From Octopus sinensis (lineage: Eukaryota): a stretch of 64,000 bases of DNA. The position numbers and the translations under genes were made by a program. Below the pieces are notes generated by a model. It did no database searches. It saw only the letters and a program-made list of their open reading frames with translations, and had not been told where the DNA came from. Shown here piece after piece: positions 52,375 to 64,000 of this stretch. The stretch's first letter is position 1. Every line of letters begins with the position of its first letter. The stretch spans positions 65,596,001 to 65,660,000 of the forward strand of contig NC_043008.1 of assembly GCF_006345805.1 (NCBI RefSeq), given 5' to 3'.

Positions 52375-52575
52375 AATAATGGCTTCAAATTTTGGTACAA
52401 GTCCAGCAAGATTAAAGGAGAGGATAAGTTGATTACATCAACATTAGTGTTCGACTAATTCTCATTTCATCAATCCCGAGAGGATAAAGAGCAATGTCGA
52501 TTCCGGCGGCAAGTGGGAAGAAATATCGCTAAGAATGTTTCCGGAGCAGTAACGAATCTGCCAGTTCACCACCTT
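52375..52575 (-). mobile_element. old SINE family B
   Basis: GGTGAACTGGCAGATTCGTTA head and GGACTTGTACCAAAATTTGAAGCCATTATT tail. Confidence 0.65.
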
Positions 52576-53532
52576 GTTTCAGGAGAGTATTAAGAATTAT
52601 ATTGTCAAATTTCCTATTTCTGATCGAAGATGGTGGTTGTAACAATATTTCATTTCTCTTTATAACAGAGAAAATGGCATCTTAGATTTTGCTTCGTATT
52701 ACACGTATTTATTTTAGTAAATTCAATAAGAAAAGGAAGGTAAATCGGTGATCGTATAAATTAAGAAAATATATGGAGGAAATCATATTCTGTAAATTTT
52801 ATTTCATCAGATATTCTAATATTTCATGCTAAAGCAGTATCATACGAGTACAACACAGCACGAGGTTTATCAAAACCAAAGAATGCGAGAATATAATTCT
52901 TTGATAAGAAAACATAAGAATGCAAGAATAGGCATGCGTATGCAATGGAGTGCCCATGAATTCATGTAAGCATAATCACTACCGTATGTATGAGCGCGCA
53001 TCTCATTGTCTGCAAGAGAAAATGAAAAAAACGACGTGTTTAAATTTGCTCGTTTTCATCAAACTGTGTTTCACTTTGGATTTTTTCGGCTTGAAACAGA
53101 CTGATGAAGGCAGAGAAGGTGAAGTTTCGTACTCTCCATTAACATATTCCTCGTAAAAGAAAACACAAACACATAGACACACGCACTCACATACACACAA
53201 ACACACACACACATGCATGAACACATATGTACAGCGGTAAACAATGACACCGATAGAGAATATCAATGATATGATAGCGTGAAAATACCACACAGTAGTG
53301 ATATAGATTCCATAAAATCAGACAGAAAAGGAAGAACAGGGAAAGCAGAAAATACTTAATGCTAGCAGCTCTCAAATTTTCGTCGATTGACCAGTCATGC
53401 GAAAATTACTTTTGTGGAAAATTCAAATGATGATGCTTCCAGAATATGAATTTCAAATAACTTAATATATATATATATATAAATGTATAGTAATATTTAT
53501 TATATGTGTGTGTATGTGCGTGTGTGCTTGAG

Positions 53533-53570
<38 letters not shown>

Positions 53571-53875
53571 TGTGTGTGTGTGCATATATACAGCCATTCA
53601 CAATGTTATGCATAAATACATAAATGTGTTATATATACAGACTCATATATATATATATGTGTGTGTGTATACTTATCTATGTATGTATAGATACCAACTG
53701 AAGGTTTCATCTCTCTCTCTGTCTCTCTCTCACAATCTCTCTCTATATATATGTATGTATGTACTTATATCCTTATCTATATAAGCCTACATTTGTATGC
53801 ACCACAAGTATGTATACCTATATATATATATACATACATACATATATATATGTATATATATATTCACACACACAC

Positions 53876-53916
<41 letters not shown>

Positions 53917-53973
53917 TATATATGTATATATATATATATATATATATACATTCGTACATACATACATACACAT

Positions 53974-54035
<62 letters not shown>

Positions 54036-54663
54036 CATATATATGTATATGTATAGATACATGCAGACATACATGTATGCATACGGCATACATGCATTCA
54101 CCATACGCAAAGCCATAGATACATACATACCTACATACACGGAGTAAGAAATATATATTGCGTTGAACAATAAATTCCAATATCATAACGCAAAAGCTAA
54201 AACAAATAAATGAAAATAAAAACTAACAAAAACATAATCAACAACCAACGGCAGTTCCAAGGAAAAAAAATTAAATGCAACAAAGAAAAAGAAAGCCGAA
54301 TTTCTAAACGAATCATATATGAAGACAATAAGGTATCAAGCAAAATGTCTTCAAGTGCGTTTAGGCACTAAATAGAGAAGAAAAGCTTGAGGAACACAAG
54401 AGTTTCAATAAAAAGGAAATACTTCAGTTCAAACATTGACAAAACTAATATATATAATTCAATTCTTTTGATGGAAAAATTGCTCAAAAATGTATTTCTG
54501 GGTTGGAAAGGAAAAGGTAGAAAATGGTAAAAACAACAATAACAGAAAAAAGTCAATAATAGCAAAACAAATATATATATGAATATTGGTATTGATTTTC
54601 AATATTCATCAATTATTATTTGTATGAGAGTATATATATACACACACACATATATATATGTAT

Positions 54664-54694
<31 letters not shown>

Positions 54695-54832
54695 CATATA
54701 TATGCACACACATATATATCTATGTATATATAAATGTGTATGTACGTGTGTCTGTTTTTGCGTGTGTGTGTATATATATATGCGTCTGTCTATAAGCTTA
54801 TGGAGAGCGAGATGAGGAGGAGATACTCAGAG

Positions 54833-54908
<76 letters not shown>

Positions 54909-54971
54909 TGACAGACAGACAGATAGATCGATAGACACATAGATAGACAAACAAATAGATAGATAGATAGG

Positions 54972-55045
<74 letters not shown>

Positions 55046-55143
55046 TCGAACATTAGCACAAAGGCATGCACACATCTTGATGTACCCCTACCTGAGCAGA
55101 GATAAGTGTGTTACATACATAACAACTCATACGTGCATGTATA

Positions 55144-55183
<40 letters not shown>

Positions 55184-55834
55184 ATATGTCTACAAACACA
55201 TATATATACATATTACTGTATATATCTATGTGTGTAAATACATGACTGTTTTTGTATGCATACACACAGTTACAAACAGAGGCGCATTTATATACTCATT
55301 AATAAAGATAGAGATGAAGGTTTTAAAGACATTGAAAAAAAACACGTCCAAGATAAGACGAGATAGAGTCAGTGATAAGCAAACTATGATAACAATCAAT
55401 ATTTATTTCTATACGGGACTAGAGGTGCGTATTAGCATGTATGCGTAACTTTATAGACATATATGCATATACATATGTGAGTGTATATATATGTGTGTTT
55501 TTACTGTCGTTCCCCTTCGCTCTTTCTTTCTCTGTCTCTCTACTTCCTTCTCTCTCTCTGTTTCTCTTTCCCTCTCTCCCTCTCTATCCGAAAAATTTTA
55601 AACAATATTCCTATCTTTCTTTACCATAAATTCAAAAATTATTAATTTCATTCTAATATGCGTACAGATACATGGACGTTTTTATACACTTAATGATGCA
55701 CATACACACGCTCAACAACTACATATGTAAAAGTATTTTATGTGTATATAAGTGTGTTTAAGTAAACATTTGTCTCTATTTATACATATATATGTACGTA
55801 CACACACACATACACACATATATATATATATATA

Positions 55835-56071
55835 TATTTCTTTACTACCCACAAGGGGCTAAACATAGAGAGGACAAACAAGGACAGACAAAGGGATTAA
55901 GTCGATTACATCGACCCCAGTGCGTAACTGGTGCTTAATTTATCGACCCTGAAAGGATGAAAGGCAAAGTCGACCTCGGCGGAATTTGAACTCGGAACGT
56001 AACGACAGACGAAATACGGCTACGCATTTCGCCCGGCGTGCTAACGTTTCGCCCAGCTCGCCCAGCTCGCC
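55835..56071 (-). mobile_element. SINE family B, full length, with Tx1-like 3' tail
   Basis: Least diverged copy; 10-bp tandem duplication at the 5' end; (TA)n on both sides. Confidence 0.92.
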
Positions 56072-56075
56072 ACAC

Positions 56076-56113
<38 letters not shown>

Positions 56114-56134
56114 ATGTGTGTGTGTGTGTGTGTT

Positions 56135-56310
56135 CTTTTATTCTTTTGCCATGCTGGAGCACCGAAGAATTCGACCACAGAGCATATTCTTTGCAAGCCT
56201 AGTACTTATTCTATCTGTCTCTTTGCCAAACCGCTAAGTTACAGGAACTTAAACACAGCACCAACGATTGTCAAGGGATGGTGGGGGAACAAACACAGAT
56301 ACACGAATAC
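56135..56310 (-). mobile_element. SINE family A tail fragment
   Basis: CCATGCTGGAGCACC..AAGCCTAGTACTTATTCTATC..AACACAG. Confidence 0.75.
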
Positions 56311-56327
56311 ATATATATATATATAGT

Positions 56328-56755
56328 GAGAATTTACAAAAAAAACAAAAGACGATGACGGTTGCGCAAACAACAAACAGATGTATTAGTTTAACGCTAA
56401 GAAAGTGAGAAAGACGTTTACGTTTCGAGCCTACGCTCTTCGTCAGAAAGGAACACACAAATAAACAGAGAGAGTAAATAGAAAAGGTTTAGTGGCTAGC
56501 GATCTATCATGGTGAATGCCGGACAGAAGGGTCACACAGGAGAGTTAGGAAGAACGGGAGATAATAAAGTAGTTCTGATCCCAAAACAAAGGTGCGCGTC
56601 CGTGTGTATGCGAGATCATGTATGTGCGTGTGGAAGGGGGCTGGTGACCTTGACGTGTGCGTGTGTGCATGTGTAGGTGTGTGGATGATGGTGTAGTTGC
56701 TGGGAAGTGGTCGGTTCTAGTGTGCGCGAGGGTGGTGGTGTGTGGTGTGGTGTGC
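56328..56755 (-). mobile_element. PLE 3' region/pseudo-LTR (same family as 30290-31190)
   Basis: Reverse-complement homology to ~30700-31170. Confidence 0.72.
56415..56452 (-). ncRNA. very small hammerhead-like motif
   Basis: CUGACGA-A-GAGC(GUAG)GCUC-GAAAC-GUA. Confidence 0.6.
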
Positions 56756-57027
56756 CCAAGATGTGCCGGAATGGGACTGAACTCAACAAGAAATGGGTAC
56801 AGCGCGAGCTTTTGGAAGTATCGTTTTAGATAGCGAATATTGCTGTTGGGGATTTTGGCAAATATTTTGAAAACAGTACATATATTAATTTTTATTGATA
56901 TCAGAAACTACGAAATTCTTCATTTACTAGCTTCACTGATTGCTGTTGTGGCCTTCATACAAGGTCTTCAAGGTTATAGTCCATTACATCTATCCCACCA
57001 CATTTACCCTGTATTTATTCATTGCTA

Positions 57028-57397
57028 TATGTGGTTAGGGCAGCGGACTCGCGGTCATAGGATCGCGGTTTCGATTCCCAGACCGGGCGTTGTGAGTGTT
57101 TATTGAGCGAAAACACCTAAAGCTCCACAAGGTTCCGGCAGGGGATGGTGGTGATCCCTGCTGTACTCTTTCACCACAACTTTCTCTCACTCTTACTTCC
57201 TGTTTCTGTTGTACCTGTATTTCAAAGGGCCGGCCTTGTCACTCTCTGTGTCACGCTGAATATCCCTGAGAACTACGTTAAGGGTGCACGTGTCTGTGGA
57301 GTGCTCAGCCACTTACACGTTAATTTCACGAGAAGGCTGTTCCGTTGATTCGGATCAACCGGAAGCCTCGTCGTCGTAACCGACGGAGTGCTTCCAT
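57028..57397 (+). mobile_element. SINE family C, tail type 2
   Basis: GTGGTTAGGGCAGCGGACTCGCGGTC..GGTTTCGATTCC tRNA-like head plus shared body. Confidence 0.87.
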
Positions 57398-57944
57398 GTC
57401 TGAAGAAGATAAAATTACAAGTTTTATTCACTTAAGGAATGCCATGGGTGAGGCATTCATGTAAATGGTATAGCTATTATATCGACAACACAAGTATATA
57501 CCTGGTAGTATCTATTGTCTTAGAAAATAAGAAAGTTAACTGACAAAGTCCTATACTTGCAAATCAAGCACGAATTTGATTTCCCAAGAGAAAAAAACTA
57601 TACCCAAATAGCACTAAATATTTCGAATTATTTAACGTTTATGACATCCACCAACTAGATTTTCATCAGGTTTAGTCTTATCCTGTAATAATTAGATATT
57701 TTAATAAGCTAATGTATAGATTCTATTCTGCCTTTGGTGCCAGTGATATGATTTGCAAAATGCATGTACAGTGGGATATAGATGTATGCTTGTGTGCATG
57801 TATATTTGCGCGTATGTATTGGTGAAAATATGCAATTGTAACTACGTATCTTTCTCTTATGTGACACACATACATACATTCACACATAGATGTATAAACC
57901 ATTTTATGAAAAGATAACAAATTGAAGAAACAATAAAAACTAGA

Positions 57945-58765
57945 ATAATACCTGCTGTTGTCCTCATGCCATCCCAAACGCACGAAGACTAATATTCCAT
58001 TTAATCTAGCAAGGAGAATCTGCACAATAGTTTCTCCGGGAGTTAAAATAAGAACTATTTCGAAGACAATATCGATCAATGTTAATAGACAACGGAATAG
58101 AACGTGCCAACGCAATAGATATTCAAGAACTACGAAAAACAAAATACACTTCAGGTACGCCCATTACTCTGCCCTTTATTATAGCGTATAACCCCCAAAA
58201 CACAAAGGTTTACTACATTATCCACCAGATCATTCTACTACTGAAAGAAGACTCATATATAAAATAAGCACTCGAAATACACAACACAATCAAAAGTGAA
58301 TGACACTCAAAATCCTGCAAGAAACTACTTGGCAACGTTAAACGATCCTCCACAAACGCCATACCAAAAACTTAAAAAGTGTGGTTGCCCTGAACGCGCG
58401 ACTGGCATCAATTTCACTGAAAACAAAACTTAAATCTAAATCAGAAAAAAATGTTTGCCATAAAAAGGACAAGTTTACAGTTCGTCAAAAATAGTAATAT
58501 ATATACTATTTAACGTAAAGGATTACATAGGTCGAACAAAACTTACTCTCAGAAATAGATCGATTATTCATCATCAACAAATACGAAACCCCAGCACAAA
58601 ATAGATTCCACTAAATGGACACATAGACATATGTGCAAAAAATAAGTCACCCAAATATCAAGTCTTGCCGCTTTAACTTTGTTCAGTCAATATTACTGAT
58701 GAAACATGAAAATAGAAATTATGTTCATATAAAAATTACGAACCACGACTGAATGTACCTTAACT
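57945..58765 (+). mobile_element. decayed PLE (Neptune/Penelope-type) thumb + GIY-YIG fragment
   Basis: SSCHPKRTKTNIPFNLARRICTIVS, LIDNGIERA, LPFIIAYNP, VIYI..DYIGRT..LRNR..HHQQI. Confidence 0.78.
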
Positions 58766-59504
58766 AAAGTACATTCACCAACAACTACTCATCCACAAGC
58801 ACAATCTACCGAATGGCATGTTGAATTTAGTCAACCAAGTACCCTATATATAGGCACATTTATGACTTTTTCTCGCATTATTCAAACGCACGTATCTAGT
58901 TACGAACAATATTTTATACCTGCATACATGCATCAAATCATATCCATTCAGCTACTGGATATACTAAATTTACACAGCGTTAAATTTTGATTTTCAAGAG
59001 TTACATACAGTGAAACATGACAATTTAAGTTTTAGATTACTTTACTTGCCTAAATTTTTGTACGAAGAAAGTGTTCTCAAAATTCCAAATAGTTCTACGT
59101 TACCATCATTCAAATAATACCACAATACAAAGACGAATGCATTTATAGAAAAATACAACTTACGATTGAAAAAACATCAGTTAGTCACGCCAACAGTAAC
59201 CCACGGACAATAAGGGAGGTCTCACAAAATTTAACCACAAGATTGAAGTTAGAGAGTCTTGATTGGAACTGTCACTAGTCACGTTCACTCAACCGTGTCA
59301 GCCTTAAATTTCGGCATAGAGATTATTTTCACATGAGCTTAAAGAACGGCCGTGGCTGGCCGAACTTACAAATGTGTCTAATCCTAATAAAGTGATTGTC
59401 CTCTGCCAATCAAACTGCATCCGAAACAGAGCCATATATATATATAAATATAAATATATGCATATATATATATACATACATATATGCACATACCTACATA
59501 TATA

Positions 59505-59730
59505 TGTATATATACATGCATATATGGGTACAGGTCATCAAAAAAAGTTGAACACAATGAGAATTGAAAACATAAAAACAAAAACTGAAAACGAACTTTT
59601 TTTCGAACAATGAAAATAACCCAGAGAAACGAGAAATCAACATAAACAATATTCCCCGTTATCAGTTTTCCCTGATAACCCGCGTTCGAGGGCAAGGACA
59701 ATACCCGACTTCGTTGAAACAGTCCTTCCC
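59505..59730 (-). mobile_element. possible PLE pseudo-LTR terminus, degenerate
   Basis: (TA)n-adjacent T-rich terminus and a decayed ..ACGAAG-GGG..CCC-GAAC motif. Confidence 0.3.
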
Positions 59731-60139
59731 GCAAAGCAAATTGAATAACATTTGGAATTATTTGCGGAGGGTGAAAGTTGTGACAAGAACTGGATAGTGA
59801 GTACAAGGCAGTAAAACCAAATGGTGAGGGCTGTTAAACCAAGACGACAAAAAAATTATTATGAAAGCTAGGAAGATGAGTTTAAGAGAGGGGACAGGTA
59901 TAAGCAGGTGCTGTCTTTAGGATGGGTATGGATATGACCGAAAAGTTCAGTTTCATTTCCACATGTGGTTAAATGTTTTTTTACGTTTTTGGTCTATATT
60001 GTGTCCACGTACAAGCTTTTTATCTCTCTGTACTTTTTACTTATATTTCTTATATATTTTTATATAAATCTATATATTTTTTATATATTTGTTTTACATA
60101 TTTATAGAGATATTGTTTTATAGGCTTATTGCTCATATA

Positions 60140-60700
60140 TTATTTACATATTTTTTCTGCATTCTACCTTCCAGCCTGCATTTTCCCTGTGCGTATATAG
60201 ACGTGTATATAGAATACTTTGCGCGCGCGTGTGGATGTGTGCGTGTGTGCGGGTATGTGCGTCTATAGACGTGTGTGTGTGTGCATGCGAGTATGTGCGT
60301 ATATAAACGTGTTTTACTCTTACTGCTTTTTTTACACATATTTCTGTATTTTGCATTTAGCTCTGATTTTTCTTGTGCATGTGCGTATATAGACGTGTAT
60401 ATGAACCTCTTTTTGTGTGTGTGTGCGTATATAGTCGTGTGCGAGTATACGCGTATATAGACGTGTGTGTGTGCGTACGAGTATGTGCGTATATAGACAT
60501 TTTTACTCTAATTGTTTAGTTTTTTATACTTCTTTACACATTTTTCTGTATTTTGCCTTCAGCCCTGTTTTTTCTTGTGCATGTGCGCATATAGACGGTG
60601 TGCATGAACCTTTTTTTATGCGCGTGTGGGTGCGTGCGAACGTGCATGCGGGCATGTATATATTTTTGGGCGAATGTATGGGTGAGCATATGTGTGATTC
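60140..60700. repeat. three diverged ~190 bp minisatellite units
   Basis: TTTTTCTG.ATTTTGC.TT..GC.CTG.TTTTTCTTGTGCATGTGCG.ATATAGACG recurs at ~60150, 60340 and 60540. Confidence 0.7.
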
Positions 60701-60938
60701 AAGTGAGAGTGGATGAGTATATACTTATAGGCGCATGTGCGTGGGTATGCAGGCGCGCATGTGTATGTATAGACGTGCGCGCTTACGTGAATACTTTGAA
60801 CATTTTTACTCCCTTACCTTTATTCCATCCCCTCACTTAGCGGTCATTCTAATAGCACTTTTGTCTTAATAACGGTCAATCACACAGTAATTTCCCTTTG
60901 TTTAACGGTCATTTTTTTTAGCATTTTTGCGATGGCCG

Positions 60939-60999
60939 GATAACAGATGAGATGGAGGCGTGGGTTTCTGCCCCGACATCCGAAACTCGGAGTTTTATC
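60939..60999 (+). ncRNA. candidate variant minimal hammerhead ribozyme
   Basis: GAUAA-CAGAUGA-GAUG..CAUCC-GAAAC-UCGGA-GUU-UUAUC; 61 nt, same length and helices as 4873-4933. Confidence 0.58.
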
Positions 61000-61105
61000 A
61001 TTGCTACCGAATAATTGCTATATATTATATTTACAGATAAATTCCTCTATTTACATAATATCGAGTTCTCTTTCATTCTTTTGTTGCCTTACAATTTCTA
61101 TCAAT

Positions 61106-61165
<60 letters not shown>

Positions 61166-61168
<3 letters not shown>

Positions 61169-61436
61169 CGTGATCACGGTGACCGCCCAGGCTATCGGAT
61201 GTTGCTACACATCGCTGGTCACAATGCGCTTCGCATTCTTTTACCCTTCAGAAGAAAGAGTGAGAGAAAGTTGTGGCGAAAGAGTACATCAGGGGTCGCC
61301 ACCAGCCCCTGCCGGAGCCTCGTGGAGCTTTAGGCGTTTTCGCTCAATAACCACTCACAACGCCCGGTCTAGCAATTGAAACCGCGATCCTACGACCGGG
61401 AGTCCGCTGACCTAACCACTGGACCATTGCGCATCC
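61166..61436 (-). mobile_element. SINE family C, tail type 3 ending in a 16-bp palindrome
   Basis: Head and body nearly identical to 57028; tail ends CACCGTGATCACGGTG (61166-61181). Confidence 0.87.
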
Positions 61437-61517
61437 ATATATATATACATACATACATACATACAAACATACATATATATATATATATACATATATGTAT
61501 GCATGTATGTATGTATG

Positions 61518-61569
<52 letters not shown>

Positions 61570-61832
61570 GTGTAGGAAGAAATGGAGCTGAACGAAGATT
61601 TAACAAAATTGGGGTTTTGGCTGTTATTAGAAGATACGACCTGGCATCGTTCTCCTCCAACTGGATCTTACTCCTATAGATCCAATTTACGAAGCCAAAC
61701 CTCCCCAGTCGGAACCATATTTCCTAGTAAAACATGAATAGCAGCTGAATGAGGACCTAAAATTTGAGACATAGTATTACTTTGCACATGAATTTATTTA
61801 AAATTAACTGAAATAGTTTTGTTTTTAATTCT

Positions 61833-61872
<40 letters not shown>

Positions 61873-61878
<6 letters not shown>

Positions 61879-62066
61879 ATAGAAGTAGCTTCTACAGGAC
61901 TAGAACTGTTTCATTCAAATGAAATCATCAGGAAGCTTCCTGATGATTTCATTTGAATGAAACAGTTCTAGTCCTGTAGAAGCTCCTTCTATAAAATAAA
62001 TTAATTTACTCTGCTATGTATTGAGTACCTTATTTACTGTGGTTAACCCCTACTCAACCCGGGACC

Positions 62067-62070
<4 letters not shown>
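61873..62070 (+). mobile_element. short PLE-like pseudo-LTR insertion forming a 126 bp zero-spacer palindrome (61873-61998)
   Basis: Symmetric about GGAAG|CTTCC with one mismatch; CTGATGA..GAAAC motif; (TA)n on both sides. Confidence 0.7.
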
Positions 62071-62111
<41 letters not shown>

Positions 62112-62496
62112 TATATTGTTCATGGGAATTTAACTTTCGAGAGAACGTAAAATAATTCTTTTGGCAGAATTTGTTCTAAACGTACATATAATGTTGTGAA
62201 TTATCGCATGTAAATATTAGGTTCAGACACCCTTTTTCGAGGCAATGTCGAGAACCAATTCCAAAAAAGAATATCATTTTTGATATTTTAATATCACACT
62301 GACAGATCAACAAACACCTACATATATACATAAATACAAACGCATATATGTGTATACTCACAAGAATTTTCCACATATACCTACACATTCAGCACATATG
62401 CTACACATACACAGGTTCAGTAAAATTCTATGAAAAGTATTTGGAAGTATTGGTGATATTATACACTGACAAGATAGATAGATAGATAGGTACATG

Positions 62497-62564
<68 letters not shown>

Positions 62565-62565
62565 T

Positions 62566-62624
<59 letters not shown>

Positions 62625-62625
62625 T

Positions 62626-62710
<85 letters not shown>

Positions 62711-63564
62711 TAGATATTGGTATAAATTCCAAATACAAAAGATACATATGTACATATCGGTCTATAGACTTGTATGTATATGTATGTGTATACATATGTA
62801 TATGAATATATATACATACATATGAATGCATATAATTAAGAATTTATGTATATGCATGTGTACGTAATATGCATACTTATGAAGATTTCTTTTGTAGATT
62901 TATTATTTCTAATACTTATTTTATATGATTTTTGTGTGTCTTTATTTGTAAAAACATGTTTACATCATATATAAATCGTGTGCTAGAACACAGAATATAA
63001 TAACTCTGTTTCATAAATTTTGAATTCAATAAATTTTCAAGATTTCTAAATTCTACAACCCATCAGGCCATCCCTATGCTATGCATACAATGATTTTATA
63101 CATTATTCAATATACATACGTAGTCAATAAGTTTTTATTTAAATTCACGCGCTCACGCACAAAAACACAGGTATATACATAAATATTAAGGCACATGTGC
63201 TGTTGTGATAGTGGTTCTGCTTTTAGAGAAAAAGAGCGTATTATATATATATATATATATATGAATATATATATAAGTATGTATGTATGTATGTATGTAT
63301 GTATATAAATCGAAGTTAAGTATTCACATATGATTTCTTTTATATATCTGACTTCTATCTTATCTGTAAGCCTGTCATTGTATTTTCTTATCAGAGTTGT
63401 TTCTATATAAATATATATATATTTGTTTCTCTGCCATTGTTAACTGTTTACCTTTGTGTGTATTTGCATGCATAAAGGCATATAAACAATGTGTATGACT
63501 CTGTTGGAATACACACACACGCATATACATATATAATATATATATATAATATATATATATATAC

Positions 63565-63925
63565 ACTAGCAAAATGCCCCCCCGTCCAATGGACGGTACT
63601 GAGTTGTCAAACATTTAAACCAAATTTTCTCGAAACAACTTGTCCGACCGTCCCATAGGCCTCCCCTTTGAGAAACACTGATTTAACCTAAATCCAGCAA
63701 AAGAAGAAATAAAGATAGACTTTTTTTCTATTCCAAGGAAAACGATTTTACAAATACACGTTCCCACGGCTTTATCGATCGCATTGTCACCTGGAATCGA
63801 TTTTTGTAATTTTTTCAAGAGTGATACACGCCCTGATACCGTCGGTATCTACATATAAAATTTGAGCAATCGAATGGAGGATGCCCGAGATCCTAAAAGA
63901 CACACATACAGAACGGATTTTATAT
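63565..63925 (+). mobile_element. non-autonomous Helitron-like (Lep1/HINE-type) element
   Basis: Starts ACTAGC followed by hairpin CCGTCC-AAT-GGACGG; ends AAATTTGAGC..ACATACAGA..TTTATATGAT within (TA)n. Confidence 0.45.
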
Positions 63926-63940
63926 GATATGATATATATA

Positions 63941-64000
<60 letters not shown>

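Larger units (their letters stand above)
59945..61104 (+). mobile_element. PLE 3' remnant related to the 4771-7787 family
   Basis: CCACATGTGG..TTACGTTTTTGGTC matches ~7447-7480; 60885-61104 matches the 4771-4990 terminus. Confidence 0.8.

Noticed and set aside
53099-53135. CTGATGAAGGC motif resembling a hammerhead core
   Set aside because: No paired stem II or downstream GAAA

Overview
AT-rich (metazoan, eukaryotic) genomic DNA saturated with microsatellites and retroelements. The repeat families resemble those I recall from Octopus genomes; this is inference, not a database match. No host protein-coding gene, rRNA, true tRNA or CRISPR array can be supported, and most ORFs in the six-frame track are microsatellite artefacts. 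Contents: (1) at least five Penelope-like element (PLE) families, several as inverted/foldback insertions. Their 3' pseudo-LTRs carry minimal hammerhead ribozyme (HHR) folds, including a non-canonical variant (position 4 = C or A instead of U) whose helices are retained between two diverged relatives. (2) A near full-length but frameshifted R4/Dong-clade non-LTR element inside a ~7 kb same-orientation nest of (TAA)n-flanked elements. (3) Tx1-clade LINE fragments, two of them embedded in (GATA)n tracts. (4) Three tRNA-derived SINE families with modular tails, one tail matching the Tx1 3' end. (5) Several palindromes, including a ~2.8 kb degenerate foldback and a zero-spacer 126 bp palindrome. 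All RNA folds were paired by eye and need computational and biochemical confirmation.
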